Assembly (NCBI GenBank): GCA_028868715.1
Contig: JAGWUB010000002.1
Span: 211,388-275,387 of the forward strand
DNA length: 64,000 nucleotides
Source: Patescibacteria group bacterium
Lineage (GTDB): Bacteria > Patescibacteriota > Minisyncoccia > Phycocordibacterales > UBA9973
Direction of reading: 5' to 3'
The translations under genes and the position numbers were made by a program. Shown here one piece after another: positions 38,827 to 48,325 of this stretch. Positions within the stretch are counted from its first letter, which is position 1; each line of letters begins with the position of its first letter. The notes beneath the pieces were generated by a model. That model was given only the letters and a program-made list of their open reading frames with translations. It did not search any database and was not told where the DNA came from.

Positions 38827-39744
38827 CTATTTATTTAAATATCTTCTAATTGCCAAGAAGCTGGAAACAATACCGAGGAACACCCCAAACAGTAAATTGA
38901 TTACAAAAATTTGAAATATGTTTGAAATATAATAATCGTAGATATTAAATCCAAAGAAGTTGGTCATATTTCTACCGAGCCAAAACGTGACTGGCCAAAA
39001 TAGGATCAAGGTCGCGAACGTAGCAATAATACCATAAATTACCCCTTCCACCATAAAGGGACCTCGCACGTACATTTTAGAGGCTCCGACTAGACGCATG
39101 ACACCTATTTCGTCTCTGGAAATAAAGATAGCCAGCCTAATAGTATTGAAAGTAATAATAATGGAAATAATCACCAAAATCAGAGTAATGAGAAAGCCCA
39201 ATTCGTGCGCCCCAGCAATTAGAGAGTTCAGTCTATCTATCACAAGTTTATTTTGGTTATAATTTATCTTGTCTATGATATTCGTATAATCCGACATCAC
39301 TGGGTTGTCTCCTTTGATAAAATTAGCTATTCCCTCATATTGAGAAATGTCTTTGGCTTTAATATTTAGATAAGCGCCGAGTGGATTTGTTCCTAATTCG
39401 TCGAGAGCAGCAATCGTAGGGTAATCGTTTTCATGGCGGGAGCGGAAAAGGTCTAGCGCCTGCTTGTCGCTCGTATACGAAACATCGGCTACTTCGGGCA
39501 ACTTCACAAGGGCATCTTTTAACGATAGTATCTTATCTTCGGGGGCGCCGACATTGAAGTAGATAGTTATATCAACTTTATCTTTGATATTATTTAACGA
39601 GAAATAAAGTACTGACTGTAAGATAATAATGGTGGTAACAAAAGAAAGAGTGATGGTTACTATCAATACTGCTGCAAAAGAAATCAAGCCACTTCGCTTA
39701 AAGTTTAAAAATCCGGCTTTGATAATTCTTTTTAATTCAGTCAT
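38827..39744 (-). CDS. ftsX: Cell division permease FtsX
   Basis: NTIRLAI..R.EI.VMRLVGA...VRGPF..EG; downstream of ftsE. Confidence 0.93.
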   Translation of the reverse strand: MTELKRIIKAGFLNFKRSGLISFAAVLIVTITLSFVTTIIILQSVLYFSLNNIKDKVDITIYFNVGAPEDKILSLKDALVKLPEVADVSYTSDKQALDLFRSRHENDYPTIAALDELGTNPLGAYLNIKAKDISQYEGIANFIKGDNPVMSDYTNIIDKINYNQNKLVIDRLNSLIAGAHELGFLITLILVIISIIITFNTIRLAIFISRDEIGVMRLVGASKMYVRGPFMVEGVIYGIIATFATLILFWPVTFWLGRNMTNFFGFNIYDYYISNIFQIFVINLLFGVFLGIVSSFLAIRRYLNK

Positions 39745-39771
39745 GAATATAGTAGCGATTATAGCACAAAC

Positions 39772-40443
39772 CTATTTTCCACCTTTGCTATCCCTGATAA
39801 TCTTGCCTTTTTCCATTGTGATTACTCTTTTGTTTACAGACTCAATCACTTTAGGGTTGTGGGTTGTCAAAATAATAGTGGTACCAAGGTCATTGATTTT
39901 TTTTAAAATTTGAATTATTTCAAAAGTGTTAGTGGGGTCCAAATTTCCCGTAGGCTCATCGGCAATAATTAGTTCTGGTTGATTGATGATGGCTCTGGCG
40001 ATGGCTAGGCGTTGTTGTTCGCCACCTGAGAGCTGGTGTGGAAAGTGAAAAACTTTATCGCTTAAATTAACCAATTCCAGCACGTGCGGAACATCGCTTT
40101 CTATTTCTTCGTCGGTTTTACCTAGAGCCTCCATAGCAAAAGCGATATTTTCGTAACTTGTTTTATTAGATAAGAGTCTAAAATCCTGAAAAACGACCCC
40201 CATTCTCCTGCGCAATTGAGTTAAGTCTTTATTATTTAATGTATGTATATCGGTAGATTCAAAAAAAACGGTACCGAGGGTAGGATTATCATCTACTAAA
40301 ATCATTTTAGCCAAGGTAGTCTTGCCAGCGCCGGAATGACCAACGATGGATACAAATTCTCCCGTGTCTATAGTCAAAGTGACATCATCTAATGCCACCG
40401 AATCATCCTTATATAATTTTGAAACATTATTGAAATAAATCAC
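39772..40443 (-). CDS. ftsE: Cell division ATP-binding protein FtsE
   Basis: GHSGAGKTT, VVFQDFRLL, LSGGEQQR, ADEPTGNLD. Confidence 0.95.
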   Translation of the reverse strand: MIYFNNVSKLYKDDSVALDDVTLTIDTGEFVSIVGHSGAGKTTLAKMILVDDNPTLGTVFFESTDIHTLNNKDLTQLRRRMGVVFQDFRLLSNKTSYENIAFAMEALGKTDEEIESDVPHVLELVNLSDKVFHFPHQLSGGEQQRLAIARAIINQPELIIADEPTGNLDPTNTFEIIQILKKINDLGTTIILTTHNPKVIESVNKRVITMEKGKIIRDSKGGK

Positions 40444-40455
40444 CTTTTTATCTTA

Positions 40456-41340
40456 TCACAAATTTAACTCCCCATCAATAAAACTATCTATCTCGCCACT
40501 TAAAACAGCGTCTATGTTTGATGTTTCCACACCAGTGCGGTGGTCTTTGACCATTTTATAGGGATGCAGCACATAGGAACGGATCTGGCTCCCCCATTCT
40601 ATCTCGGTATTTTTCATTTTCATACTCTCCTCTACGCTTTTTTTGTCTTTTTCCGCCTGTTTAAATATTTTGGCACGTAAAATAGCCAGAGCTTGCTCAC
40701 GATTTTGCTCCTGTGAGCGTTCTTTGGAAGCAGAAACACTCAGGCCAGTAGGGATATGGACAATGCGAACAGCTGTTTCTCTTTTATTAACATTTTGTCC
40801 ACCGGGGCCGCTACTTTTGGAAAATTCTATTTTTAAATCATTTTCGGGGATTACAATATCCTTTTCTTGAAGCTTGGAAAACTTAGGTAAAACTTCGACT
40901 AAAGAAAAAGACGTGTGCCTCAATTTTTTTGCATTAAAGGGTGAGATGCGCACTAGGCGGTGTACCCCAGATTCGTTTTTTAAATTCCCATAGGCTCCAG
41001 TGCCGGAAATTTCAATTGTTATACTGCGGTATCCTCCATGATCATTTTTGTGCTCGTGAATCAAGGAAGTTGACCAGCCTTTTTTCTTGGCATATTTTTC
41101 GTACATGGAAAGAAGCATAGCCGAAAAATCTTCCGCATCATCGCCTCCAGCTCCGGAAATTATTGAGAGTATGGCACTACCTTTATCGTATTTACCAATG
41201 CCGCTTTTTTTGTCTCTTAGTTCTGCCAGTTCTTTTAAAACTTCTTGGGCTTTATTTTTATCATTCCAAAAATCTGGCTGTGACATTGCCACCTCCAGCT
41301 CATTTATTCTTTCCTGTATATCTTTTGCACCTTCAGCCAT
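40456..41340 (-). CDS. prfB: Peptide chain release factor 2 (shortened domain 1)
   Basis: GVHRLVRISPF (SPF), GPGGQNVN, WGSQIRSY. Confidence 0.92.
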   Translation of the reverse strand: MAEGAKDIQERINELEVAMSQPDFWNDKNKAQEVLKELAELRDKKSGIGKYDKGSAILSIISGAGGDDAEDFSAMLLSMYEKYAKKKGWSTSLIHEHKNDHGGYRSITIEISGTGAYGNLKNESGVHRLVRISPFNAKKLRHTSFSLVEVLPKFSKLQEKDIVIPENDLKIEFSKSSGPGGQNVNKRETAVRIVHIPTGLSVSASKERSQEQNREQALAILRAKIFKQAEKDKKSVEESMKMKNTEIEWGSQIRSYVLHPYKMVKDHRTGVETSNIDAVLSGEIDSFIDGELNL

Positions 41341-41364
41341 GTTTTCAGTATAGCAAATAAAAGA

Positions 41365-41390
41365 TGGGTCGACATTTCTGTCGACCCGAT
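41365..41390 (-). terminator. Probable terminator hairpin
   Basis: GGGTCGACA-TTTC-TGTCGACCC after the 41413 ORF. Confidence 0.55.
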
Positions 41391-41412
41391 TTTGAGAATC
41401 AAAGACTCTCGA

Positions 41413-41646
41413 TTAGTTATTAACTCTATACACATGAACTGTAAGGTTTCCGTCCTTGTGATAGTGCCTAGCTCGAAGAGTGTATGCTCCAATTTTCTCC
41501 GAGCTCGAAGTACAATAATGTGTGTTCGGGAATAATTCCCGAGAATATAGTTGGCTCAAACCAAAGGAATCTACCCTCTTCTCTGAGCCAACAACAATAA
41601 ATTGTGTGTTCTCGTCAGGCGAGAAGAAAGTTTTGACTGCTATCAT
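41413..41646 (-). CDS. Hypothetical protein
   Basis: AGGAGG 5 nt before the ATG at 41646, followed by a hairpin. Confidence 0.55.
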   Translation of the reverse strand: MIAVKTFFSPDENTQFIVVGSEKRVDSFGLSQLYSRELFPNTHYCTSSSEKIGAYTLRARHYHKDGNLTVHVYRVNN

Positions 41647-41780
41647 TTGAGCCTCCTTTTGAAACAACATTGGTATCCTGAATCTTTATTAAGAATATCT
41701 GTATTATCATTTATTGTGAAGTTTTTTAACATCCATCGGGTAATTTGAACTTTTTGTTAAATCTGTTAGAATTTAGAAAC

Positions 41781-42443
41781 ATGATCAAAATACAGCCAAT
41801 TGTCAGAGAGATAGTCCTCAGTGAAGTAGAGGCTTGTTTTGCGCTTACCAATGGCTATATGAATATGAGTAGCTATGCTTACCAAATACGGCCAAGAGTA
41901 GAAGCTTTGACCAAGAAAAAGGTCACTATTGCGAGCCTTGTGGTTTCCCTCTCCCGTCTGCGCAAGGAATTTAGAAAAGAACGCCCACTCGTCCATGACG
42001 TGGTTATAAAAAACATAACTACCAAGCTCCCAATTTCAGAAATAATTTACGAAAACAATGCAAAGTTTATCAAAGATCTCGAATCACTCCATCGAAAACT
42101 AGAGCTTTCGCAAGACGATTTATTTACCACCACCATCGGCATGGCTGAACTAGATATAATTTGTTCATCAAATATTGAGAAAAAAATTCTGAAACATTTT
42201 CGGTCAAAACCAATTGTGGTAAATCGCAAACTAGCGGCCATAGGCGTGTCTTTTGGCAAGGAAGTGTTTGATACTCCAAATGTATTTTTCTCATTACTCT
42301 CTGTCACTGCTCGAGCTAGAATAAATCTGGAAGAACTAATTTCCACTCCGACCGAGCTCGTATTTATTGTGGCTGAAAAAGATTTCGGCAAAACTGTTGC
42401 TTTGTTTTCAGAACTACATAGAAAGACAAATGTAAAAGATTGA
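41781..42443 (+). CDS. HTH-like plus ACT-domain protein (archaeal-type putative amino-acid sensor)
   Basis: N.S.YA..I...SLVVSLSR; C-terminal TPNVF...INLEELISTPTEL.FIV. Confidence 0.7.
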   Translation: MIKIQPIVREIVLSEVEACFALTNGYMNMSSYAYQIRPRVEALTKKKVTIASLVVSLSRLRKEFRKERPLVHDVVIKNITTKLPISEIIYENNAKFIKDLESLHRKLELSQDDLFTTTIGMAELDIICSSNIEKKILKHFRSKPIVVNRKLAAIGVSFGKEVFDTPNVFFSLLSVTARARINLEELISTPTELVFIVAEKDFGKTVALFSELHRKTNVKD

Positions 42444-42515
42444 GCCGATGGACAGGATTGAACTGTCGACCCCCGCTTTACGAAAGCGGTGCTCTACCAA
42501 CTGAGCTACATCGGC
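42443..42515 (-). tRNA. tRNA-Thr(CGT)
   Basis: GCCGATG/CATCGGC, CCGCT-TTCGTAA-AGCGG. Confidence 0.95.
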
Positions 42516-42522
42516 TTACTAG

Positions 42523-42594
42523 AGCCGTTGGTGGGGATCGGACCCACGCTCTCCATATTACCAATATGGTGCTTTACCACTAAGCTACAACGGC
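42523..42594 (-). tRNA. tRNA-Thr(GGT)
   Basis: GCCGTTG/CAACGGC, CCATA-TTGGTAA-TATGG; T-loop TCCGATC. Confidence 0.92.
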
Positions 42595-42639
42595 TAAACA
42601 CCTAAACATAGTAGTTTATTTTAGTCTTTTTTGCAAAAA

Positions 42640-43125
42640 TTATTTATTGAGTTCCTCCTCCGCTCGTTCTGCTAAATCAAGCATAGTTGCTATTTCTTGT
42701 GGAGTAAGTTTTCTTGGCTTAGTATCTTTGACACAAAAAACACCGATTGGTTGATGTGTCGGACGATCAAAAAGAGCAATTCCCGCATAGAACCTGATAA
42801 AGGGAGAGCCGACTACCATTGGATTATCTGCAAAACGTGGATCCAGTAAAGTATCTTCAACCATAAAAATGTGCGTAGCGAGTAATGCGTGTCCACAAAA
42901 TGAAGCCGCCCTGTCTCCTTCCTTTTTATCAAAACCTACACACGACTTGAACCATTCTCTATTAGAATCTAAAATAGTAACCATAGAGATAGGGACATGC
43001 AACTTTTCTACTGCTTCTCTGGTCAAAACATCAAACCGTTCTTCCGGCTTGGTGTCTAAGATAGCCAACCGATGCAGGGCTTCCAATCTTTTGTTTTCAT
43101 CTGCTGGTATGGGTGCTCTTTGCAT
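42640..43125 (-). CDS. Standalone GAF domain protein
   Basis: E..RL.AL..L.ILDT.PEERFD, SFCGH, DPRFADNP.V...IRFYAG. Confidence 0.9.
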   Translation of the reverse strand: MQRAPIPADENKRLEALHRLAILDTKPEERFDVLTREAVEKLHVPISMVTILDSNREWFKSCVGFDKKEGDRAASFCGHALLATHIFMVEDTLLDPRFADNPMVVGSPFIRFYAGIALFDRPTHQPIGVFCVKDTKPRKLTPQEIATMLDLAERAEEELNK

Positions 43126-43187
43126 ATATTAATTGTACACCCAAAAAACAAGAATCAACTTTTCCTGTGCATAACTTTTTAGTCTCC

Positions 43188-44258
43188 TTATTTTTTATTA
43201 TTAATGTAATTATATATAATACTGGAAATGTCTTTAATAATAGAGGCTAATTTCTGTTCATCCAAGTGCCCATCACCACTATAAGAACCTTTTACGTTTA
43301 TACATACTTCATAAGGATTATTTGGAAAATATACAATACCACAATTACTTAACTCTATATTTTTTATATTTTGATGTAATGCGTCAGTATCAACATATTC
43401 ACCATATTTTTGCGCAACATTTACACCAGTTGGAACACCAGCAGAAATACCATCATGAAAAGTAGATTTATTCATTATTGAAAGAGCTTTTTCTGAATTG
43501 ATTTCTGATAAATATGTAGAATTATATAAAATTCTTAAAAAATCAGAGTATTGTGTAGTGGAAATAGTAAAATCAGTCGTTGCGTCTGGATTTTTAATAT
43601 TAAAATCATTAAAAACATCGTCCAGAATTTTATGATTGATATATTTTAATAATAAATCGTTAGCCCCATTATCAGAATCTTTTATCATTGTTTGTATAAG
43701 TTGATCTACTGTATAGCTTTGACCAACTACTAAATTAGAATTTTGTCCATAATTAAGAACAGAAATTTGTTTATTAATATCATCAGAATAAATTAAATTT
43801 TGCTGTAAAATAGAAGGATCTAATTGAGCTTCACGGAAATATGCCATCATAACTAACACTTTCATCATACTACCAGGATGAAATTGAACGTCAGCATTAA
43901 CACCAGCCCATTTATTATTTAAAAAATTTCTATAAAAGACACTAATATTATTGATAGTATTATTTTGATATTGATTTTGTACATAAGTATTAATTTGTTG
44001 TTCTAAATCCTTATCTTCCATTAAATAGCGAGCATTTCCAAACTTGTAGCCAAGTAGAGGATAGATAAATTGATAATTAAAATTATTTTCACGAACAGGA
44101 ACTATTCCAGATACTATATCCTGGGTCCATTTAAAATTTCTAATAAAACTAACATAATAACCCACACCAAATGCAAAGATAAATATGCATAAGCATATTA
44201 AAATAATTTTAATTTTTGATACTTTAAAAAAGTTGTTCTTTCCTGCGAAATTGCTCAT
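43188..44258 (-). CDS. Class A beta-lactamase-like serine hydrolase, membrane anchored
   Basis: GSMMK (SxxK), SDN, KYG. Confidence 0.85.
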   Translation of the reverse strand: MSNFAGKNNFFKVSKIKIILICLCIFIFAFGVGYYVSFIRNFKWTQDIVSGIVPVRENNFNYQFIYPLLGYKFGNARYLMEDKDLEQQINTYVQNQYQNNTINNISVFYRNFLNNKWAGVNADVQFHPGSMMKVLVMMAYFREAQLDPSILQQNLIYSDDINKQISVLNYGQNSNLVVGQSYTVDQLIQTMIKDSDNGANDLLLKYINHKILDDVFNDFNIKNPDATTDFTISTTQYSDFLRILYNSTYLSEINSEKALSIMNKSTFHDGISAGVPTGVNVAQKYGEYVDTDALHQNIKNIELSNCGIVYFPNNPYEVCINVKGSYSGDGHLDEQKLASIIKDISSIIYNYINNKK

Positions 44259-44275
44259 ATAAAAATTTATAGACC

Positions 44276-44830
44276 CTACCCTATTAGCTTCATCATTTCT
44301 CGAGTAAATGCCCATATGTCCATGGGCCAACGTGAGGTGACTAGGTTGCCATCTACTACCACATCTTTATCTTCCCAAATACCTCCAGCTTTTTTAATAT
44401 CTTCCGGAACACCATCATGCCAAAAAGAAGTGAGATGTCTTCCTTTAATAACGTCCGCAGATGCTAGGGTCCATGGACCGTGGCAAATAGAGGCAACTGG
44501 CTTATTCTTTTCAAAAAATGATTTAGTTATATCTAGAGCTTTTTTAATTTTACGAACCGTGTGTGGAGCTCCATCAGGGAATCCTCCGGGAATGAGTAGG
44601 AGGTCATATTTATCTGGGTCAACATCATCTATTTTAATTGTTGCTTCTATCGGATAACCGTGCTCGCCAAAAATCGTTTCTACTTTGGGAGCAGCTATGT
44701 CTACCTGCCAGCCAGCTTCGAGTAAACGATACACTGGAATATATACTTCCATGTCTTCAAATTTATTTGCAGTTAAAACGACAGCTTTTTTGGTCGCATT
44801 ATTTGGTTGTACTACTTCTCCAAATGGCAT
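44276..44830 (-). CDS. PfpI/DJ-1 family protease/deglycase
   Basis: FEDME, LIPGG, ASICHGPW, VVDGNLVTSR.P.D. Confidence 0.92.
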   Translation of the reverse strand: MPFGEVVQPNNATKKAVVLTANKFEDMEVYIPVYRLLEAGWQVDIAAPKVETIFGEHGYPIEATIKIDDVDPDKYDLLLIPGGFPDGAPHTVRKIKKALDITKSFFEKNKPVASICHGPWTLASADVIKGRHLTSFWHDGVPEDIKKAGGIWEDKDVVVDGNLVTSRWPMDIWAFTREMMKLIG

Positions 44831-44914
44831 AATCATTATTATAGCAATTCTAAATTTTAAAAATCAAGGATTAAAAATTCCTATAAAATTTAGCTATATT
44901 GTATGGTTACAAAG

Positions 44915-45316
44915 TTATTCTGTCGTAACTCCGTCAAATTCTTCTTTTATAGATTCGGCGTCTTTTTTGGTCTCTCGAACAATGCCATCTTTGTGGTGGG
45001 CTGGAGAATAAATTGTATATAGTTTCAAATCTTCGTTATCAGAAGTATTTATAATATTGTGCTTTGAACCTGCGGGAATAATTACTACGTCACCAGCACT
45101 GATGGAGTATTCTGTCTCATTAATCATGACTTTACCCTGACCCTTTTCAAATCTAAAAAATTGATCATTTCTATGATGTGTTTCTAGTCCAATTTCTTCT
45201 AATGGCCTTAGCGACATCAACACCAACTGCATATGCCCTCCAGTGTACAAAACTTTTCTAAAGTAAGTATTTTCTATAGCTAAATCCTCTATGTTTTCTT
45301 TATATCCTTTCTTCAT
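44915..45316 (-). CDS. Cupin domain protein
   Basis: FRKVLYTG..QLVLM, IGLETH..DQFFR.E.G, PAG..HN, LYTIYSP..H. Confidence 0.92.
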   Translation of the reverse strand: MKKGYKENIEDLAIENTYFRKVLYTGGHMQLVLMSLRPLEEIGLETHHRNDQFFRFEKGQGKVMINETEYSISAGDVVIIPAGSKHNIINTSDNEDLKLYTIYSPAHHKDGIVRETKKDAESIKEEFDGVTTE

Positions 45317-45343
45317 ATATATAATTTATTTCCTACCCCTTAA

Positions 45344-45369
45344 GCCGTCCTTCGCTTAAAATTATTACA
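45344..45369 (-). promoter_or_regulatory. ECF-sigma-like promoter TGTAAT-N16-CGGC upstream of the cupin gene
   Basis: Identical boxes and spacing to the motifs at 890-915 and 1008-1033. Confidence 0.5.
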
Positions 45370-45384
45370 TTCACATATATGATG

Positions 45385-45458
45385 CGCGATCGACCGGACT
45401 TGAACCGGCAACCTCTTCCGTGACAGGGAAGCGCTCTAACCAGTTGAGCTACGACCGC
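45385..45458 (-). tRNA. tRNA-Asp(GTC)
   Basis: GCGGTCG/CGATCGC, CTTCC-CTGTCAC-GGAAG, G73. Confidence 0.95.
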
Positions 45459-45538
45459 ATAGTTACTTACCTTATAAACTATCTCAAAAACAACACTTTT
45501 ACACAAAACAGCGCATGCGCTCGCTATATTCTTATCTG

Positions 45539-45559
45539 AGTTGAGCTACGACCGCATAG
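45539..45559 (-). repeat. 21-bp exact duplicate of the tRNA-Asp 5' end
   Basis: AGTTGAGCTACGACCGCATAG at 45442-45462 and 45539-45559. Confidence 0.85.
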
Positions 45560-45609
45560 CCCTTATTATACATAAAATTGCACAATTTAAAAGAGTTGTT
45601 TATTTTTTG

Positions 45610-45683
45610 TGTCGGCGGGAGGAATCGAACCTCCGACCTTGGGCTTATGAGTCCCACGCTCTAACCGTCTGAGCTACGCCGAC
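45610..45683 (-). tRNA. tRNA-Met(CAT), probably elongator
   Basis: GTCGGCG/CGCCGAC with paired 1-72, loop CTCATAA. Confidence 0.88.
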
Positions 45684-45764
45684 ATACAAATAGGCAAAAG
45701 TATTTTCGCTCTTTTACTATAACAGTTTTAGGTAAAAATTCAAATTTTCTGTTATTATTAAAAC

Positions 45765-47930
45765 ATGGAACTTTCTGATAAGTTGGAGCTAAAATTTCGC
45801 CTAGATGCAACCCAGAAAAGAGCCTTAAATAAGCTCAAGCTTTTCTCGGTGGCAGATTTACTATTCCACTTCCCTGTCAGGTACAGCGATATAAGCACAG
45901 TGATGAAGGTTTCAGATTTGACACCCGGTGACAATGCTACGGTTTACGGAAAAATATCCAAGCTAAGAACCAAAAAGGCTTTCCGCTCAAAAATACCTAT
46001 GGCTGAAGGTGAGATAGAGGATTTGTCGGGAAAAATAAAAATAACCTGGTTCAACCAAGCATACCTAGCCAAGATGATTAAAAATGGACAAAGTGTAAAG
46101 TTGACTGGCAAAGTCACCCAAGGCAAGAATGGCATCTATTTAGCTAATCCCGAAGTAGAAAAATTGCAAAATATGCCGATTGATTCTCATGATACCCTCT
46201 TTAAAAAAGGTGGCGCAGAAAACAATGAAGGTTTCTCATATCCAATTTACGTAGAAACTCGTGGCATCACGAGTAAATGGTTTTACCACGCAATTGAAAA
46301 GATATTAAAAGAGCACACGCTAGATAATATTGAAGACTATATCCCTCCCGAAATTTTAACAAAATATCATCTACCTACTTTAAAAACGGCGTTAATTTGG
46401 ATTCATAAACCAAAAAATAAAGACGATGCTGAGTCAGCTAGAAAAAGGTTTGCCTTTGAAGAAGTTTTTTGTATCCAGCTAGAACGTCAACACGACAAAT
46501 TTGAATACCGAAAAAATAAATCGTTTCAAATAAAACCAGACAAAGAAGACGTGCAAGATTTCCTAAAACGCTTTCCCTTTGAACCGACCAAATCTCAAAA
46601 AAAATCAATTGAAGTTGCTTTGTCAGATATGGCCAAAAATTTTCCGATGTCACGACTGCTCGAAGGAGACGTGGGCTCTGGTAAGACAGCTGTGGCCGCT
46701 ACGGCTGCTTATGTCGTAGTAAAACAAAGACCTAGTGGACAAACTTTTGGTAATTTAAATGTAGCCTATATGGCCCCGACAGAAATACTAGCTACGCAAC
46801 ACTTTGAATCCTTTATAAAATATTTTAAACACTTGCCGATAAATGTTGGGCTCATCACCGGTTCCGGTTGTAGAAAATTTCCTTCGAAGACAGATCCAAG
46901 TAAATGGACTACTATTTCTCGCGCCCAACTTTTAAAATGGGTAGCCAATGGAGAAATACCGATACTCATCGGCACTCACGCCTTGATCCAAAAAACAGTA
47001 AAATTTAAAAATCTTGCTCTCGTGGTCATTGACGAGCAACACAGATTTGGCACAGCCCAGAGACGCAACCTCGTACGTAAAGACGCCATAGCCCCACACC
47101 TGCTTTCAATGACAGCAACGCCAATCCCCCGCACTTTGGCCCTCACTATCTATGCTGATCTGGATCTATCACTCTTGGACGAAATGCCTCTCGGACGCAA
47201 ACAAATAATTACTGAAATAATTACTCCTAACAAGCGCGATGAAACCTATGAACAAATTCGCACTGAGCTCAAGGCCGGCAGACAGCTCTATGTCATCTGT
47301 CCACGAATCTTTGAGCCAGATCCAGAAAAAGAATTAGCTCTGAATGTAAAATCTGCGGTAGAAGAAGCCAAGCGATTAAAAAAAGAAGTCTTTCGTGAAT
47401 ATGAGATCGGAGTATTGCACAGCAAGATGAGTAAGGAGAAAAAAGAAAAAGTGATGCAGGAATTTACCGAAGGAAAAATCCAAATTCTGTGTGCCACTTC
47501 AGTGGTAGAAGTCGGAGTAAATGTCCCTAATGCCACCATTATAATCATCGAAGGTGCCGAAAGATTTGGACTAGCTCAACTGCACCAGCTACGTGGGCGA
47601 GTAATTAGAAGCTCGCATCAAGCTTATTGCTATATCTTTGCTGACGCTAAGACAGAAAAGACTATTGCTCGTTTAAAAGCCCTCAAAACTGCCAAAAATG
47701 GCTTTGAGCTCGCGGAACTAGACTTATCGCTCCGTGGCGCCGGTGAGCTCGGAGGAACCAAGCAGTGGGGTATAACCGACCTTGGCATGGAAGCCATCAA
47801 GAATATAAAAATGGTGGAAGCCGCCCGTACTGAAGCTATTCGTTTGATAGAAGCTGATCCAGAACTTACTAAATATCCGCTCCTCAAACAAAAAGTTCAC
47901 CAAAAAGCTGGCGAATTTCATTTTGAATAA
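45765..47930 (+). CDS. recG: ATP-dependent DNA helicase RecG
   Basis: RLLEGDVGSGKT, IDEQHRFG, MTATPIPRTL, AERFGLAQLHQLRGRV. Confidence 0.97.
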   Translation: MELSDKLELKFRLDATQKRALNKLKLFSVADLLFHFPVRYSDISTVMKVSDLTPGDNATVYGKISKLRTKKAFRSKIPMAEGEIEDLSGKIKITWFNQAYLAKMIKNGQSVKLTGKVTQGKNGIYLANPEVEKLQNMPIDSHDTLFKKGGAENNEGFSYPIYVETRGITSKWFYHAIEKILKEHTLDNIEDYIPPEILTKYHLPTLKTALIWIHKPKNKDDAESARKRFAFEEVFCIQLERQHDKFEYRKNKSFQIKPDKEDVQDFLKRFPFEPTKSQKKSIEVALSDMAKNFPMSRLLEGDVGSGKTAVAATAAYVVVKQRPSGQTFGNLNVAYMAPTEILATQHFESFIKYFKHLPINVGLITGSGCRKFPSKTDPSKWTTISRAQLLKWVANGEIPILIGTHALIQKTVKFKNLALVVIDEQHRFGTAQRRNLVRKDAIAPHLLSMTATPIPRTLALTIYADLDLSLLDEMPLGRKQIITEIITPNKRDETYEQIRTELKAGRQLYVICPRIFEPDPEKELALNVKSAVEEAKRLKKEVFREYEIGVLHSKMSKEKKEKVMQEFTEGKIQILCATSVVEVGVNVPNATIIIIEGAERFGLAQLHQLRGRVIRSSHQAYCYIFADAKTEKTIARLKALKTAKNGFELAELDLSLRGAGELGGTKQWGITDLGMEAIKNIKMVEAARTEAIRLIEADPELTKYPLLKQKVHQKAGEFHFE

Positions 47931-47962
47931 GACTTGAAATTTTCTGATATATATGTTTTAAT

Positions 47963-48307
47963 ATGACAGGAGGCGGACAAACTAGTATTATATCGATACT
48001 AGGGGATGCCGAAAAGTACATGGCGGAACTAAAAGTACTTCGAGAAATCCTTTCGAAGTCAGTGAACTTCTTTTTTAATTCTCAATTTTGTCTAAATGAT
48101 AAGGAGGTCACTTTCATTTACAAAGAAGACGAGAAGGATGATGGGAAGATCATTGTAACGTTCAAAAAACTTGGAGATTTACCTGGTATATACATAAGCT
48201 GTCGTTCGTGCTGGATGACAAGCAATGGCGTATTTCTTTTCAGTGAAAAGGCAAAATACGATAAGTGTTACGCTTGCTGCCATATACCGAGAGAAATTTT
48301 CAAATAA
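47963..48307 (+). CDS. Hypothetical protein with Cys pairs
   Basis: CRSC...CYAC; followed by a terminator. Confidence 0.5.
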   Translation: MTGGGQTSIISILGDAEKYMAELKVLREILSKSVNFFFNSQFCLNDKEVTFIYKEDEKDDGKIIVTFKKLGDLPGIYISCRSCWMTSNGVFLFSEKAKYDKCYACCHIPREIFK

Positions 48308-48325
48308 ACAATTAAACGATTTATC

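Noticed and set aside
43188-44258. Possible antibiotic-resistance beta-lactamase
   Set aside because: Membrane anchored, KYG instead of KTG, no clear omega-loop Glu; resistance is not supportable
45610-45683. tRNA(CAT) as initiator or Ile2
   Set aside because: 1-72 is paired and positions 29-31 are not three G-C pairs, so not initiator; Ile2 is less likely given tRNA-Ile(UAU) but not excluded
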